From an uncultured Muribaculaceae bacterium (lineage in GTDB: Bacteria > Bacteroidota > Bacteroidia > Bacteroidales > UBA932): 64,000 nt of DNA. The DNA lies in assembly GCA_964388595.1 (NCBI GenBank), contig CAYMAX010000002.1, positions 13,345-77,344 of the forward strand, in the 5' to 3' direction. Positions 10,240-18,945 of this stretch are shown here, in pieces. How positions within the stretch are numbered: the stretch's first letter is position 1; each line of letters opens with the position of its first letter. The notes beneath the pieces are model-generated. The model was not told the DNA's origin, ran no database searches, and saw only the letters and a list, made by a program, of their open reading frames with translations. The position numbers and the translations under genes were made by a program.

Positions 10240-11618
10240 TATTTCGCTCTTTCGAGTTCCACAGTGAAGTGGCGCATTATGGGAAGCTGCTTTGTGATGA
10301 CATAACCGCGAGTAATGGAATCTCTGCGGTCATATACATTCTTTAATGCAGCTGCAATATAATCCATATGGCAATTAGTATACACTCTGCGAGGTATAGC
10401 CAACCTGAGAAGATCCAAGTCGGGATATCTGTTTTCATGAGTGATAGGATCTCTGTCGGCCAGCAATGCACCTATCTCCACTCCTCTGATACCACCTTCT
10501 ATGTACAACTCGACTCCGAGAGTTTGAGCTATAAATTCCTCTTTGGGGACTTTGGTGAGTACTTTTTTGGCATCGACGAAAATAGCATGTCCGCCTGCAG
10601 GTCTTTGGTAAGGAATACCATACTCATCAAGCTTCTTTCCAAGATAGGCAATCTGTTTGATGCGGGTATCAAGGTATTCAAAATCTGTCCCTTCTTTCAG
10701 TCCCTGAGCAAGAGCATTCATATCTCTACCTGCCATACCTCCGTATGTAATGAAACCCTCGAACATGATGTTGTACATCTGAGCTGCCTGCCAGTCCTTC
10801 TCACTTCTAAATCCGATAAATCCTCCGATATTGACAATAGCATCTTTCTTGGATGACATCGTCATAAAGTCGGCATAAGAAAACATCTCGCGAGCGATTT
10901 CAACGATGCTCTTTGATGCATATCCTTTCTCCCTGGTCTTGATGAAATAGGCATTCTCTGCAAATCTTGCAGAATCTATCATCACTTTTACGCCATATTT
11001 ATGGGCAAGCGAAGCGACTCCTTTGATATTTTCCATAGAGACAGGTTGACCTCCAGCTGTGTTGTTGGTAACAGTTACTACAATACAGGGAATTTTCGAA
11101 GCGGGATATTTTTTGAGAGCATCTTCAAGTTTACCAAGGTCCATATTGCCCTTGAAAGGAATCTCCAGGTCGGTATCTTTAGCCTCATCGATAGTACAGT
11201 CCAACGCAACCGCTTTTCTAAATTCTATATGACCTTTTGTAGTATCAAAGTGAGAATTGCCGGGTAAGATATCCCCTTCCTTGATTAATGAGGAAAAAAG
11301 AACATTCTCTGCTGCACGTCCCTGATGAGTGGGGAGAAAATATTTAAATCCGGTAATGTTTTCAATTGTCTCTTTTAATGTATAGTAAGATCTCGCTCCG
11401 GCATAACTTTCATCTCCTTCCATAATGGCAGCCCATTGCTTATCACTCATAGCGCCGGTTCCTGAATCAGTGAGAAGATCTATAAAGACATAATCACTCT
11501 TAAGACTGAAAAGATTGTAGTGAGCATCTTTAATCCATTTTTCACGTTGTTCACGTGTGCTTTTTTTAATGGTTTCTACCATTTTGATTTTGTACGATTC
11601 TGCGAAAGGAAGTTCCAT
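10239..11618 (-). CDS. tnaA: Tryptophanase / tyrosine phenol-lyase family beta-eliminating lyase (probably tryptophanase)
   Basis: The 459-aa protein has ...DLLTDSGTGAMSDKQWAAIMEGDESYAGARSYY...PTHQGRAAENVLF... and the PLP-lysine region MSSKKDAIVNIGGF. Confidence 0.85.
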   Translation of the reverse strand: MELPFAESYKIKMVETIKKSTREQREKWIKDAHYNLFSLKSDYVFIDLLTDSGTGAMSDKQWAAIMEGDESYAGARSYYTLKETIENITGFKYFLPTHQGRAAENVLFSSLIKEGDILPGNSHFDTTKGHIEFRKAVALDCTIDEAKDTDLEIPFKGNMDLGKLEDALKKYPASKIPCIVVTVTNNTAGGQPVSMENIKGVASLAHKYGVKVMIDSARFAENAYFIKTREKGYASKSIVEIAREMFSYADFMTMSSKKDAIVNIGGFIGFRSEKDWQAAQMYNIMFEGFITYGGMAGRDMNALAQGLKEGTDFEYLDTRIKQIAYLGKKLDEYGIPYQRPAGGHAIFVDAKKVLTKVPKEEFIAQTLGVELYIEGGIRGVEIGALLADRDPITHENRYPDLDLLRLAIPRRVYTNCHMDYIAAALKNVYDRRDSITRGYVITKQLPIMRHFTVELERAK

Positions 11619-11668
11619 TTTATTATAATTTTTAGTGATATTGTTTCAATTATTAATCATTTAGTGCG

Positions 11669-11676
11669 CAAAGATA
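11669..11676 (-). promoter_or_regulatory. -7 box TAtcTTTG (minus strand) upstream of tnaA
   Basis: The plus strand reads caaagata, which is TATCTTTG on the minus strand. It lies 50 nt upstream of the tnaA ATG and just downstream of the secDF terminator. Confidence 0.5.
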
Positions 11677-11678
11677 AC

Positions 11679-11708
11679 AAAAAAATCGCACCATTTTACA
11701 GGTGCGAT
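11679..11708 (-). terminator. Rho-independent terminator after secDF
   Basis: An 8-bp perfect stem (atcgcacc / ggtgcgat) has an 8-nt loop. On the minus strand it is followed by a run of 7 T (plus-strand A-run 11679-11685). It starts 24 nt past the secDF stop. Confidence 0.75.
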
Positions 11709-11731
11709 TTGATATTATGGGAAATTGCTCT

Positions 11732-14700
11732 CTACTTCGATTTGGCAGCAAGTTTTTTTGCTTTACGAACATTCAAATCGTACATAATAGGAGTACCGAT
11801 AAACACTGTAGAATATGTACCTACGATGATACCAACGATTAGAGCAACTGCAAGCCCTCTGATAACTTCGCCACCAAAGATAGCTATGGCAAGCATTACC
11901 ACAAGTGTAGTACCTGAAGTGTTGATAGTTCTGGAAAGAGTGCTATTCAAAGCTTCATTGATTTTCTGCTTGAGCTCGTGTTTGGGATATAATGTCTTAT
12001 ATTCTCTGATACGGTCAAAAATCACCACAGTATCATTGATGGAATAACCGATAATGGTGAGGACCGCCGCTATAAATGTCTGGTCGACATCGAGGCTGAA
12101 TGGCAGGATTCCCGAGAATATTGAGAAAAATCCGACAGTAATAAGAGCATCATGCACTAGAGAAAGCACACCACCTGCACCCCATGTCCAGCCTTTGAAT
12201 CTAAACGCGATGTAAATGAAAATAGCGATTAGAGCAATACCTACGGCTATCAGTGCATCTCTCCTCATATCATTGGCTATGGTAGGACCTACTTTATCCG
12301 AACTGATGATACCATTGGGGTTATCAAGAGTGGAGGTGAATTCCTCCAATGTAAGAGGTGTCTTAAAGAAATCTTTCAGAGCATTATAGAGTTTACCATC
12401 TACGATGCCGTCACTTTGAGTAGAATTATCATTGATGAGATATTTGGTGGTAATCTTCATCTGACTGTTACCTCCGAATTGTTTAACTTCGACAGACTCG
12501 CCAAATTCTGCCATGGTAGCAGCCCTGACCTGTTCAGTAGTGACATCTGTATCAAATCTTACTACATATGTTCTACCACCGGTAAAATCTACACCATAAG
12601 TAAATCCTTTAGTAAATATGGAAACAATACAACCTATCATAATAACTCCTGAGACAATGTATGCGATTTTACGTACTTTAACAAAATCATAGTGGGTATT
12701 TTGCATAAAGTTCTCGGTGAACTTATGAGAGAAGGAAATCTTCTTATTGTGAGCAAGACGACTTTCGAAGATAAGGCGGGTGATGAAAATAGAGGTAAGC
12801 ATAGAGGTGATAAGACCAACTACGAGAGTAGTGGCAAATCCCTGTACGGGACCCGAACCGAAAATAAAGAGAACAATACCGGTAATGATAGATGTGAGGT
12901 TACCGTCTATAATGGCTGAATAAGCATTTTTATAACCATCGTGGATGGCTAGACGAAGTGCTTTACCGGCTTTTAATTCTTCCTTGATACGTTCGTAAAT
13001 AATAACATTGGCATCGACCGCCATACCGAGAGTCAAAACGATACCGGCGATACCGGGGAGAGTAAGAACAGCCCCGAATGAGACGAGAGCTCCGAACAGG
13101 AAGAGCACATTGCAGAGCAAAGCTATATCTGCAGTAAGTCCTGCGCCCTTGTAGAAGATGAACATATAGACAAGAACCAGACAGAAAGCTATGATGAATG
13201 AGACCATCCCGGCGTGAATGGATTCGCTACCCAAAGAAGGACCTACTACTTGTTCTTGAACGATGGTGGCAGGAGCAGGAAGTTTACCTGACTTAAGAAC
13301 GTTTGCCAAGTCTTCAGCCTCTTCAATAGTAAAGTGACCTGTGATATTGGAACGTCCGCCTGTGATTTCCTGGTTAACTCTTGGATAGGAATAAACCATC
13401 CCATCGAGAACTATTGCAATTGATTTACCTACGTTGTCTGCAGTAAGCCTTGACCAGATACGTGCACCTTCAGAATTCATCGTCATATCTACTTCGGGAG
13501 AACCGCCCTGGTTGGCATAAGACATTCTTGCATCTGTCACTGCACCTCCGTCCAAAGGAGCTTTGCCGTCTTTAGTGTTCACTTTGATGGCTATGAGTTC
13601 GTAATAGGACTCTCCACCTGCCTGAGAAGATGGTTTAACTGACCACATCGGCACCAAATCAGCCGGGAAAAGAGCTTTAACTTGAGGAAGAGAGAGATAT
13701 TGGTTGATCTTGGCTGTATCTTTATAGTGAGCTATACCGATGCAGGGACCCTGCATAAGTTGTCCATTGTAAGAACTTGGATTAAGAATGGAAAACAGAG
13801 GATGGTTTTTAGCATAATTTAATTGGTCCACTGAAAGACTGTCTTCGCCAGAAGTAACTTGTGCAAGCAAATCATCGCTCTCTTCTCTCTTTTTCACATC
13901 TGCACCTGTGTTCTTAGCGGAGGCTGTGGAGGCATTGTCAATAGAGACAATCTCCTTAATCACATTATCTGCTTCCTGAAGATAGTTAAATACTTCAGGG
14001 TTTTCGTATGTAGTCCAAAATTCGAGAGATGCTGTCCCTTGAAGAAGTTTTCTAACACGTTCCGGTTCTTTAACACCGGGGAGCTCCACAAGAATACGTC
14101 CTGTATTACCGATTCTTTGGATATTGGGGGAAGTAACACCAAAACGGTCAATACGATTTCTCAATACATTGAATGAATTGGAAATAGCACTTTCAGCTTC
14201 AGTGCGGATGACTTTAATAACTTCTTCATTAGTACTTTTGGCAGTGATTTTCTCACGCATCTCGTATGTACCGAATATCTGAGAAAGGTTCTGACCGGGG
14301 GCAACTTCATCCCATGCTTGAGCAAAGAGAGTGATGAAGTCTGAACGAGATTCGTTCTCTCTACTCTTTGCAAGGTTAAGTGCCTGCTCGAAAAGTGGAG
14401 AAGTATTATTGTCGGCAAGAGCTTTTACAAGGTCTCTCAACTCTACCTGAAGCATCACGTTCATACCACCCTTGAGGTCAAGGCCGAGATTTAATTCCTT
14501 CTCTTTTACATCCTTGAATGTATATGAAAAATAGACTTTTTCAGAAGAAATGGAATCGATGTAATACCTGTTTCTGTCTTTTTCCAATGAATCAAGATAA
14601 AATGCTTTATCTAAATCCGATACATTGGCAAATGATGGCAATTGCTGCTCAGCTGCGACAGCAGCCTTGGCATACTTTTCAGCTTTATTTTCCTGAATCT

Positions 14701-14785
14701 TGGTGACTGCCGTAAATGATAACTGATACAGACAGGCAAGTCCAATCAAAATTGCCACAAATCTAATGGCTCCTTTACTTTGCAT
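11732..14785 (-). CDS. secDF: Protein translocase subunit SecDF (fused SecD-SecF)
   Basis: The 1017-aa protein has ...LGLDLKGGMNVMLQV..., ...VGPSLG..., and two six-TM blocks of the SecD and SecF type. The fusion is typical of Bacteroidetes. Confidence 0.95.
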   Translation of the reverse strand: MQSKGAIRFVAILIGLACLYQLSFTAVTKIQENKAEKYAKAAVAAEQQLPSFANVSDLDKAFYLDSLEKDRNRYYIDSISSEKVYFSYTFKDVKEKELNLGLDLKGGMNVMLQVELRDLVKALADNNTSPLFEQALNLAKSRENESRSDFITLFAQAWDEVAPGQNLSQIFGTYEMREKITAKSTNEEVIKVIRTEAESAISNSFNVLRNRIDRFGVTSPNIQRIGNTGRILVELPGVKEPERVRKLLQGTASLEFWTTYENPEVFNYLQEADNVIKEIVSIDNASTASAKNTGADVKKREESDDLLAQVTSGEDSLSVDQLNYAKNHPLFSILNPSSYNGQLMQGPCIGIAHYKDTAKINQYLSLPQVKALFPADLVPMWSVKPSSQAGGESYYELIAIKVNTKDGKAPLDGGAVTDARMSYANQGGSPEVDMTMNSEGARIWSRLTADNVGKSIAIVLDGMVYSYPRVNQEITGGRSNITGHFTIEEAEDLANVLKSGKLPAPATIVQEQVVGPSLGSESIHAGMVSFIIAFCLVLVYMFIFYKGAGLTADIALLCNVLFLFGALVSFGAVLTLPGIAGIVLTLGMAVDANVIIYERIKEELKAGKALRLAIHDGYKNAYSAIIDGNLTSIITGIVLFIFGSGPVQGFATTLVVGLITSMLTSIFITRLIFESRLAHNKKISFSHKFTENFMQNTHYDFVKVRKIAYIVSGVIMIGCIVSIFTKGFTYGVDFTGGRTYVVRFDTDVTTEQVRAATMAEFGESVEVKQFGGNSQMKITTKYLINDNSTQSDGIVDGKLYNALKDFFKTPLTLEEFTSTLDNPNGIISSDKVGPTIANDMRRDALIAVGIALIAIFIYIAFRFKGWTWGAGGVLSLVHDALITVGFFSIFSGILPFSLDVDQTFIAAVLTIIGYSINDTVVIFDRIREYKTLYPKHELKQKINEALNSTLSRTINTSGTTLVVMLAIAIFGGEVIRGLAVALIVGIIVGTYSTVFIGTPIMYDLNVRKAKKLAAKSK

Positions 14786-14806
14786 AATGATTTTAAATTA
14801 GGGGTA

Positions 14807-14814
14807 CAAAAGTA
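14807..14814 (-). promoter_or_regulatory. -7 box TActTTTG (minus strand) for secDF
   Basis: The plus strand reads caaaagta. The box ends 21 nt from the secDF ATG. It is part of an 11-nt inverted repeat with the box at 14845-14852. Confidence 0.45.
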
Positions 14815-14844
14815 CTATTTTTTTCTAATATATAAAGTATTTAG

Positions 14845-14852
14845 TACTTTTG
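14845..14852 (+). promoter_or_regulatory. -7 box TActTTTG for the TPR/PD40/SPOR gene
   Basis: The sequence tacttttg lies 22 nt before the ATG at 14875. Confidence 0.45.
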
Positions 14853-14874
14853 TTAGCTAAATTTTGACAATTAT

Positions 14875-16728
14875 ATGATGTTCTATTATAAGCGAGCCCT
14901 TTTCTCCCTCATTGTTTTTTTACTCACTGCCACCCTCCTTTCCGGTCAGAATTCAAAACAGCTTTCTTTGGCCGACTCTCTTCATAACACATATCACTTC
15001 CAAGAAGCAATTGACCTATATCAATCCATCCTTGACAACACTACAGATTCGCTTCTGCATATCTCCATTCAGGAAAAAATGGTCGAATGTGAAAACGGCA
15101 TCAATCTCCTCAAATATACCTCTTCCATCAGCGTCACTGACAAAAAGGTATTTTCCATAAAAGATTTTTACTTATATCTCCCCGATTTTAGTGACAGGAC
15201 ATGGATTCCCATCCCCAATGTCCTCGTTTCAGAGTTGTCAAACGCCTATTACTCAGCTGCATGTTTCCCATTTGATGCTACCGAATTGTACTTTTCGGCT
15301 CCGGACAATTCAGGTTCGTGGAACATCTACTATACTGAACTGATAGGAGGCAATCTCTGGAGCCAACCAAGACTCCTCAGCGAAGCTCTCACATCTGCGG
15401 GAGATGAAATATTTCCGGTGTTAAGCAGTAACGGAAAAGAACTCTATTTCGCTTCCAATGGTCATTTCGGTATGGGAGGCTTTGATTTATACGTAAGTAG
15501 ATGGGACGATGAGACAGAAGAATGGGGCACCCCTGAAAATTTGGGATTCCCGTATTCTTCCACGGGTGATGATATTTTTATTATGAACACCTCAGACGGA
15601 CAGCATACCATCATCGCCTCCAATAGAGGTATATCCAAAGATTCAGTAGCCCTTTACGTCATTGACTATGTCCCCACCCCCATCAAACAGTCTTTGGATG
15701 AAATCGCTGCTGTTCAGAAAGAGGCTCTCTTATTGCCTGATTATCACAAAGAAAAAGAGAACTCGAAGCTGCCTGTCTCCTCACAAATTGAAGATGACAG
15801 CATGAAACAATATTCTCAGTTGGTAAACAATATGAGAAAGACGCAAGCAAAATTTAATACCAATCTCGAACAGCTGAAAGAGAAAAGGAGCGTTTATGAT
15901 AACACAACCAATGAAGGGGACCGGGAGTTTTTAAGCGACATCATAAAAGAACTCGAGACAGAGTCGGTATCTATCAAAAAAGCATTGGATGAAGCAGCGG
16001 CTCAGGTGCGAAGCGCTGAGATGAAATTCCTCTCCAACGGCATTATTCCACCGTTGCCCCAAGACTATTCCACAACTTCCTCCACTCATTCAGAAAAAAA
16101 GAACTATGTATTTACCAAGTTGGCGACAGGAGAATCTCCCGGAATTATCATTCAAAAACCAAAGCCTCAATTTGATTATTCTTTCAAGATACTCCCCGAA
16201 GCCCAATTCGCAGAAAACAACACTTTGCCTCAAGGAATTGTGTATCAGATACAAATCTCTGTTCAATCTTCCAAAGCCACTATTAAAAGTTTAAAAGGAT
16301 TAAGCCCTGTGTTTGAAAGATTGCTCCCTTCTAAAAAATATCTCTATACGGTAGGATTATTCTATACTCATGCCGAAGCACTTTCCTGCCTCAATCAAGT
16401 CAGAAAGAGAGGCTTTCCAAAAGCATTCATTGTGGCTTTCAAGGACAACAACAGTATCAATGTCAAGGATGCTCGTAAGCTTGAGAAAAGCAATGCCGCC
16501 GACAATTCCTATCAGGTGATGTTAAAAAATTATCCCTCCGGAATCCCATCTGGGATAATATCAGCCATCAAACAAAGCTGCGATAAGGATATTGCCAAAT
16601 CTGTAATCGAAGGAAAGAATGTCTATATAGTAGGACCTTTTGCCAAAAAAGACGATGCCGACTATCTGGTGAAAATATTATCGGGATTGGGAGTAGAAGG
16701 GATTAGTGTCGAACTCATCAAAAGGTAA
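14875..16728 (+). CDS. Secreted protein with N-terminal TPR-like region, TolB/PD40-like beta-propeller repeats, a coiled coil and two C-terminal SPOR-like repeats
   Basis: A signal peptide is present. PD40-like strings include ELYFSAPDNSGSWNIYY, GKELYFASNGHFGMGGFDLY and DDIFIMNTSDG. The C-terminal repeats YQIQISVQSS...YTVGLFYTHAEA...GFPKAFIVAF and YQVML...YIVGPFAKKDDADYL look SPOR-like. Confidence 0.5.
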   Translation: MMFYYKRALFSLIVFLLTATLLSGQNSKQLSLADSLHNTYHFQEAIDLYQSILDNTTDSLLHISIQEKMVECENGINLLKYTSSISVTDKKVFSIKDFYLYLPDFSDRTWIPIPNVLVSELSNAYYSAACFPFDATELYFSAPDNSGSWNIYYTELIGGNLWSQPRLLSEALTSAGDEIFPVLSSNGKELYFASNGHFGMGGFDLYVSRWDDETEEWGTPENLGFPYSSTGDDIFIMNTSDGQHTIIASNRGISKDSVALYVIDYVPTPIKQSLDEIAAVQKEALLLPDYHKEKENSKLPVSSQIEDDSMKQYSQLVNNMRKTQAKFNTNLEQLKEKRSVYDNTTNEGDREFLSDIIKELETESVSIKKALDEAAAQVRSAEMKFLSNGIIPPLPQDYSTTSSTHSEKKNYVFTKLATGESPGIIIQKPKPQFDYSFKILPEAQFAENNTLPQGIVYQIQISVQSSKATIKSLKGLSPVFERLLPSKKYLYTVGLFYTHAEALSCLNQVRKRGFPKAFIVAFKDNNSINVKDARKLEKSNAADNSYQVMLKNYPSGIPSGIISAIKQSCDKDIAKSVIEGKNVYIVGPFAKKDDADYLVKILSGLGVEGISVELIKR

Positions 16729-16764
16729 TCTCAATCTTTTTTTTGCTGATTGGGTTTTCTATCG

Positions 16765-16772
16765 TACATTTG
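16765..16772 (+). promoter_or_regulatory. -7 box TAcaTTTG, with TTTG -33 element at 16742-16745, for tRNA-Ser
   Basis: The box ends 10 nt upstream of the mature tRNA 5' end. The -33 to -7 spacing is 19 nt, matching the Bacteroides consensus architecture. Confidence 0.6.
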
Positions 16773-16782
16773 CATCCCTCAC

Positions 16783-16872
16783 GGAGAGGTGAGTGAGTGG
16801 CTGAAACTAGCAGTTTGCTAAACTGCCGAACTGGTAACGGTTCCGGGGGTTCGAATCCCCCCCTCTCCGCCA
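16783..16872 (+). tRNA. tRNA-Ser (anticodon GCT), class II with long variable arm, CCA encoded
   Basis: I folded it by hand. The acceptor is GGAGAGG/CCTCTCC. The anticodon stem is GCAGT/ACTGC with loop TTGCTAA. The long variable arm is GAAC...GTTC. The T arm is GGGGG-TTCGAAT-CCCCC, followed by discriminator G and CCA. Confidence 0.9.
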
Positions 16873-16882
16873 AATGTCAAAA

Positions 16883-16907
16883 GGCAGCTGTTGTGGCTGT
16901 CTTTTTT
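16883..16907 (+). terminator. Hairpin plus T-run after tRNA-Ser (possibly bidirectional)
   Basis: The sequence ggcagct-gttgt-ggctgtc forms a 7-bp stem with two G-U pairs, followed by tttttt. It lies between the tRNA and the stop of the minus-strand flavodoxin remnant. Confidence 0.55.
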
Positions 16908-16919
16908 CTTTCAATTGTG

Positions 16920-17243
16920 TTAGTAATTCGTCTTAGCAAGCCATGTTTTCACTGCACTTTGTGCATCTTTAGGCTCTTTTTGAGCAACTGTCCCTTTAAT
17001 GGCCAGCCCCTTTAATATGGTTGAACCTTCACAAGACTTGCCAAGAGACTGTTCTGTGGAAGAAAAACCACTTCCTTCGTGAGTACAGAATGGAATAACT
17101 GTCTTCCCATTCCAATCATGCTTTTCGATAAAAGTATAGACAGCCATAGGCATTTCCCCCCACCAGTTAGGGTAACCTATGAAGATAACATCATAATCTT
17201 CAATCTTAATATCATCTTTCAACTCAGGTCTGAAAGATGATTC
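16920..17243 (-). pseudogene. 5'-truncated flavodoxin-family gene (C-terminal ~100 codons only)
   Basis: The ORF has a TTG start in the track and reads ...RPELKDDIKIEDYDVIFIGYPNWWGEMP...GKTVIPFCTHEGSGF..., which corresponds to the C-terminal half of flavodoxin-like proteins. The N-terminal FMN phosphate-binding loop is missing. Only about 45 nt separate it from the stop of the next gene. Confidence 0.6.
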
Positions 17244-17266
17244 TTTTTTTTTATATTTTACTGATA

Positions 17267-18943
17267 CTAATGTACAATATCTGACTTTGATTTGTCGTTG
17301 TTCAATTTTGGCTCAAGGCATACAGTTGTGCAATTATTATCTTTTGTGGCTGGGTGTTCGTATTTGTATTGAGTGCCGTCTGTACCTGTGAATGTTACGC
17401 TGGCTATGGTAAGCACATCGTCAAATATGAAAAATTCAGTCGTTGTTTGAGCCTTTTGCTGTATCTCGGCAAAATTGTTGCGAAAATCTTCGGCTTTATC
17501 TAATGGCACAGGCAATACATAATCATCTGTCAATGGCGTAGCATGATTGATAAATGTAAATTCGCCATGGTCGGCGTCGTAACCACTCAACACATATACA
17601 CATTGGGTCTGTTTGTTTGAGAGCACCTTTGTGATAAAATTGCCCAATAGTTTGGTTAAATTTTTCTCCACATATTCTGTTTGCAACTGTGGATCGTTCT
17701 GGCGTGCCTCGAACTCGGCCGTGGTTTCAAACCATCCCTTGGTATTTTCGAGATTAAGGCTTCTTATATACACGGAAAACATATTTTTCGAAGCCTCTGC
17801 AACTACCTCACCAGGAAGAATATCTATGATCGGAATATTCTCAGGCACAAGCCGTTTGCCGTGCATGAAGCCGTATGCACCCCAATAATCGTTGAGCTTC
17901 ACGGCAAAGAACGAAGTGAAAATAACGCCGTCTCTCCTTCTTCTTATAAAAGAGTAGGCATCTATATCCTTCTCTACCAATCCGGCTGTTTGAAGTTTAT
18001 CTGCCAAAATAGTCTCGATACCTATCTCGTCGTACAGCGGAGGTATAATCTCCTTAAAGTCGTTGAGATTGAAAACACCACGTTTCTCACCGACGTTTAT
18101 ATAGTAATTTTTCAATCCCCACAACCTCCATAAATTATCGCGTACACCATAACTATCATCAGGCAACTCTTCAATCTTGGTATAAGGGTAACTTGCCACC
18201 TTGTTGCCCATGCTGTCTATGGCAAAGCAGCCGTCAATTTGTTTGAGCAGAGCAAGCCGCCTCGAAGTGCCGTCGGGTAGAGGTATCGGTTTGGGCGAGA
18301 AATCGGAGATCGGTGAAGAGGCCATAAGCGTATTCAATACCTTCCCGTCGGCATTTACAAACTCTATTTTACCCGTTTTAGACGATTTAAAATCCTCAAC
18401 CACAGCAATGTCTCCCAAAGAGAAATTTATCTCGTCGAAAACTTCTGTGAATAACAGTTTGCCTTTGCGGTCAAAAAGCCAATAATGGTAATTGTCCTTA
18501 CTGATTATATTTCCCTTTATGAAAAAATCGGAAGAAGTGATGTCAATGGGTTGAAACGAGAATGAGACACCATATTTTTTTTCATACTCGTCGAGAGCAA
18601 TAATTGTTTCGCCCGTAGATAAACTTATAAGGCGGTAACCTTTGTTCAAATATTTGATTAATGCAACATCTCCCTGTTTGGGAATTTTAAGACTAGATAT
18701 GCCTTTCTTCGGTTTTAACACCCAGTATTTTTCTCCGTTTTTATCACAGATGACACCCACTTTGCAGGAAAAGAGATATTTATTAGACCAGTCATAAACG
18801 ACTTTGTAGGAGGGATTGTCTGAACCATTCCACACATCAGGATATAGGATACGATAGTCCTCGAATTTCTGTGCAGAGGCGGGCTGCACAAGGCCAATGG
18901 TGCATAGTGCACACAATGCCATAAATATTTTAAAATTCTTCAT
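17267..18943 (-). CDS. Secreted WG-repeat-like hypothetical protein
   Basis: It has the signal peptide MKNFKIFMALCALCTIGLVQPASAQ and recurring aromatic-WG strings (LWRLWGLKN, NDYWGAYGF, KYWVLKP, YHYWLFDRKGK). No catalytic motif was recognised. Confidence 0.5.
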   Translation of the reverse strand: MKNFKIFMALCALCTIGLVQPASAQKFEDYRILYPDVWNGSDNPSYKVVYDWSNKYLFSCKVGVICDKNGEKYWVLKPKKGISSLKIPKQGDVALIKYLNKGYRLISLSTGETIIALDEYEKKYGVSFSFQPIDITSSDFFIKGNIISKDNYHYWLFDRKGKLLFTEVFDEINFSLGDIAVVEDFKSSKTGKIEFVNADGKVLNTLMASSPISDFSPKPIPLPDGTSRRLALLKQIDGCFAIDSMGNKVASYPYTKIEELPDDSYGVRDNLWRLWGLKNYYINVGEKRGVFNLNDFKEIIPPLYDEIGIETILADKLQTAGLVEKDIDAYSFIRRRRDGVIFTSFFAVKLNDYWGAYGFMHGKRLVPENIPIIDILPGEVVAEASKNMFSVYIRSLNLENTKGWFETTAEFEARQNDPQLQTEYVEKNLTKLLGNFITKVLSNKQTQCVYVLSGYDADHGEFTFINHATPLTDDYVLPVPLDKAEDFRNNFAEIQQKAQTTTEFFIFDDVLTIASVTFTGTDGTQYKYEHPATKDNNCTTVCLEPKLNNDKSKSDIVH

Positions 18944-18945
18944 TA

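Noticed and set aside
11619-11668. tnaC-like leader peptide upstream of tnaA
   Set aside because: The only mini-ORF in the leader is ATG ATT AAT AAT TGA (4 codons). It has no Trp codon and no similarity to TnaC-type arrest peptides.
11520-12047. 175-aa plus-strand ORF spanning the tnaA start, the intergenic region and the secDF end
   Set aside because: It crosses a clear intrinsic terminator and a promoter box and is antisense to two strongly supported genes, so it is a frame artefact.
16797-17015. 72-aa ORF overlapping tRNA-Ser
   Set aside because: It starts inside the tRNA gene and runs through its terminator hairpin. The tRNA fold is far better supported.
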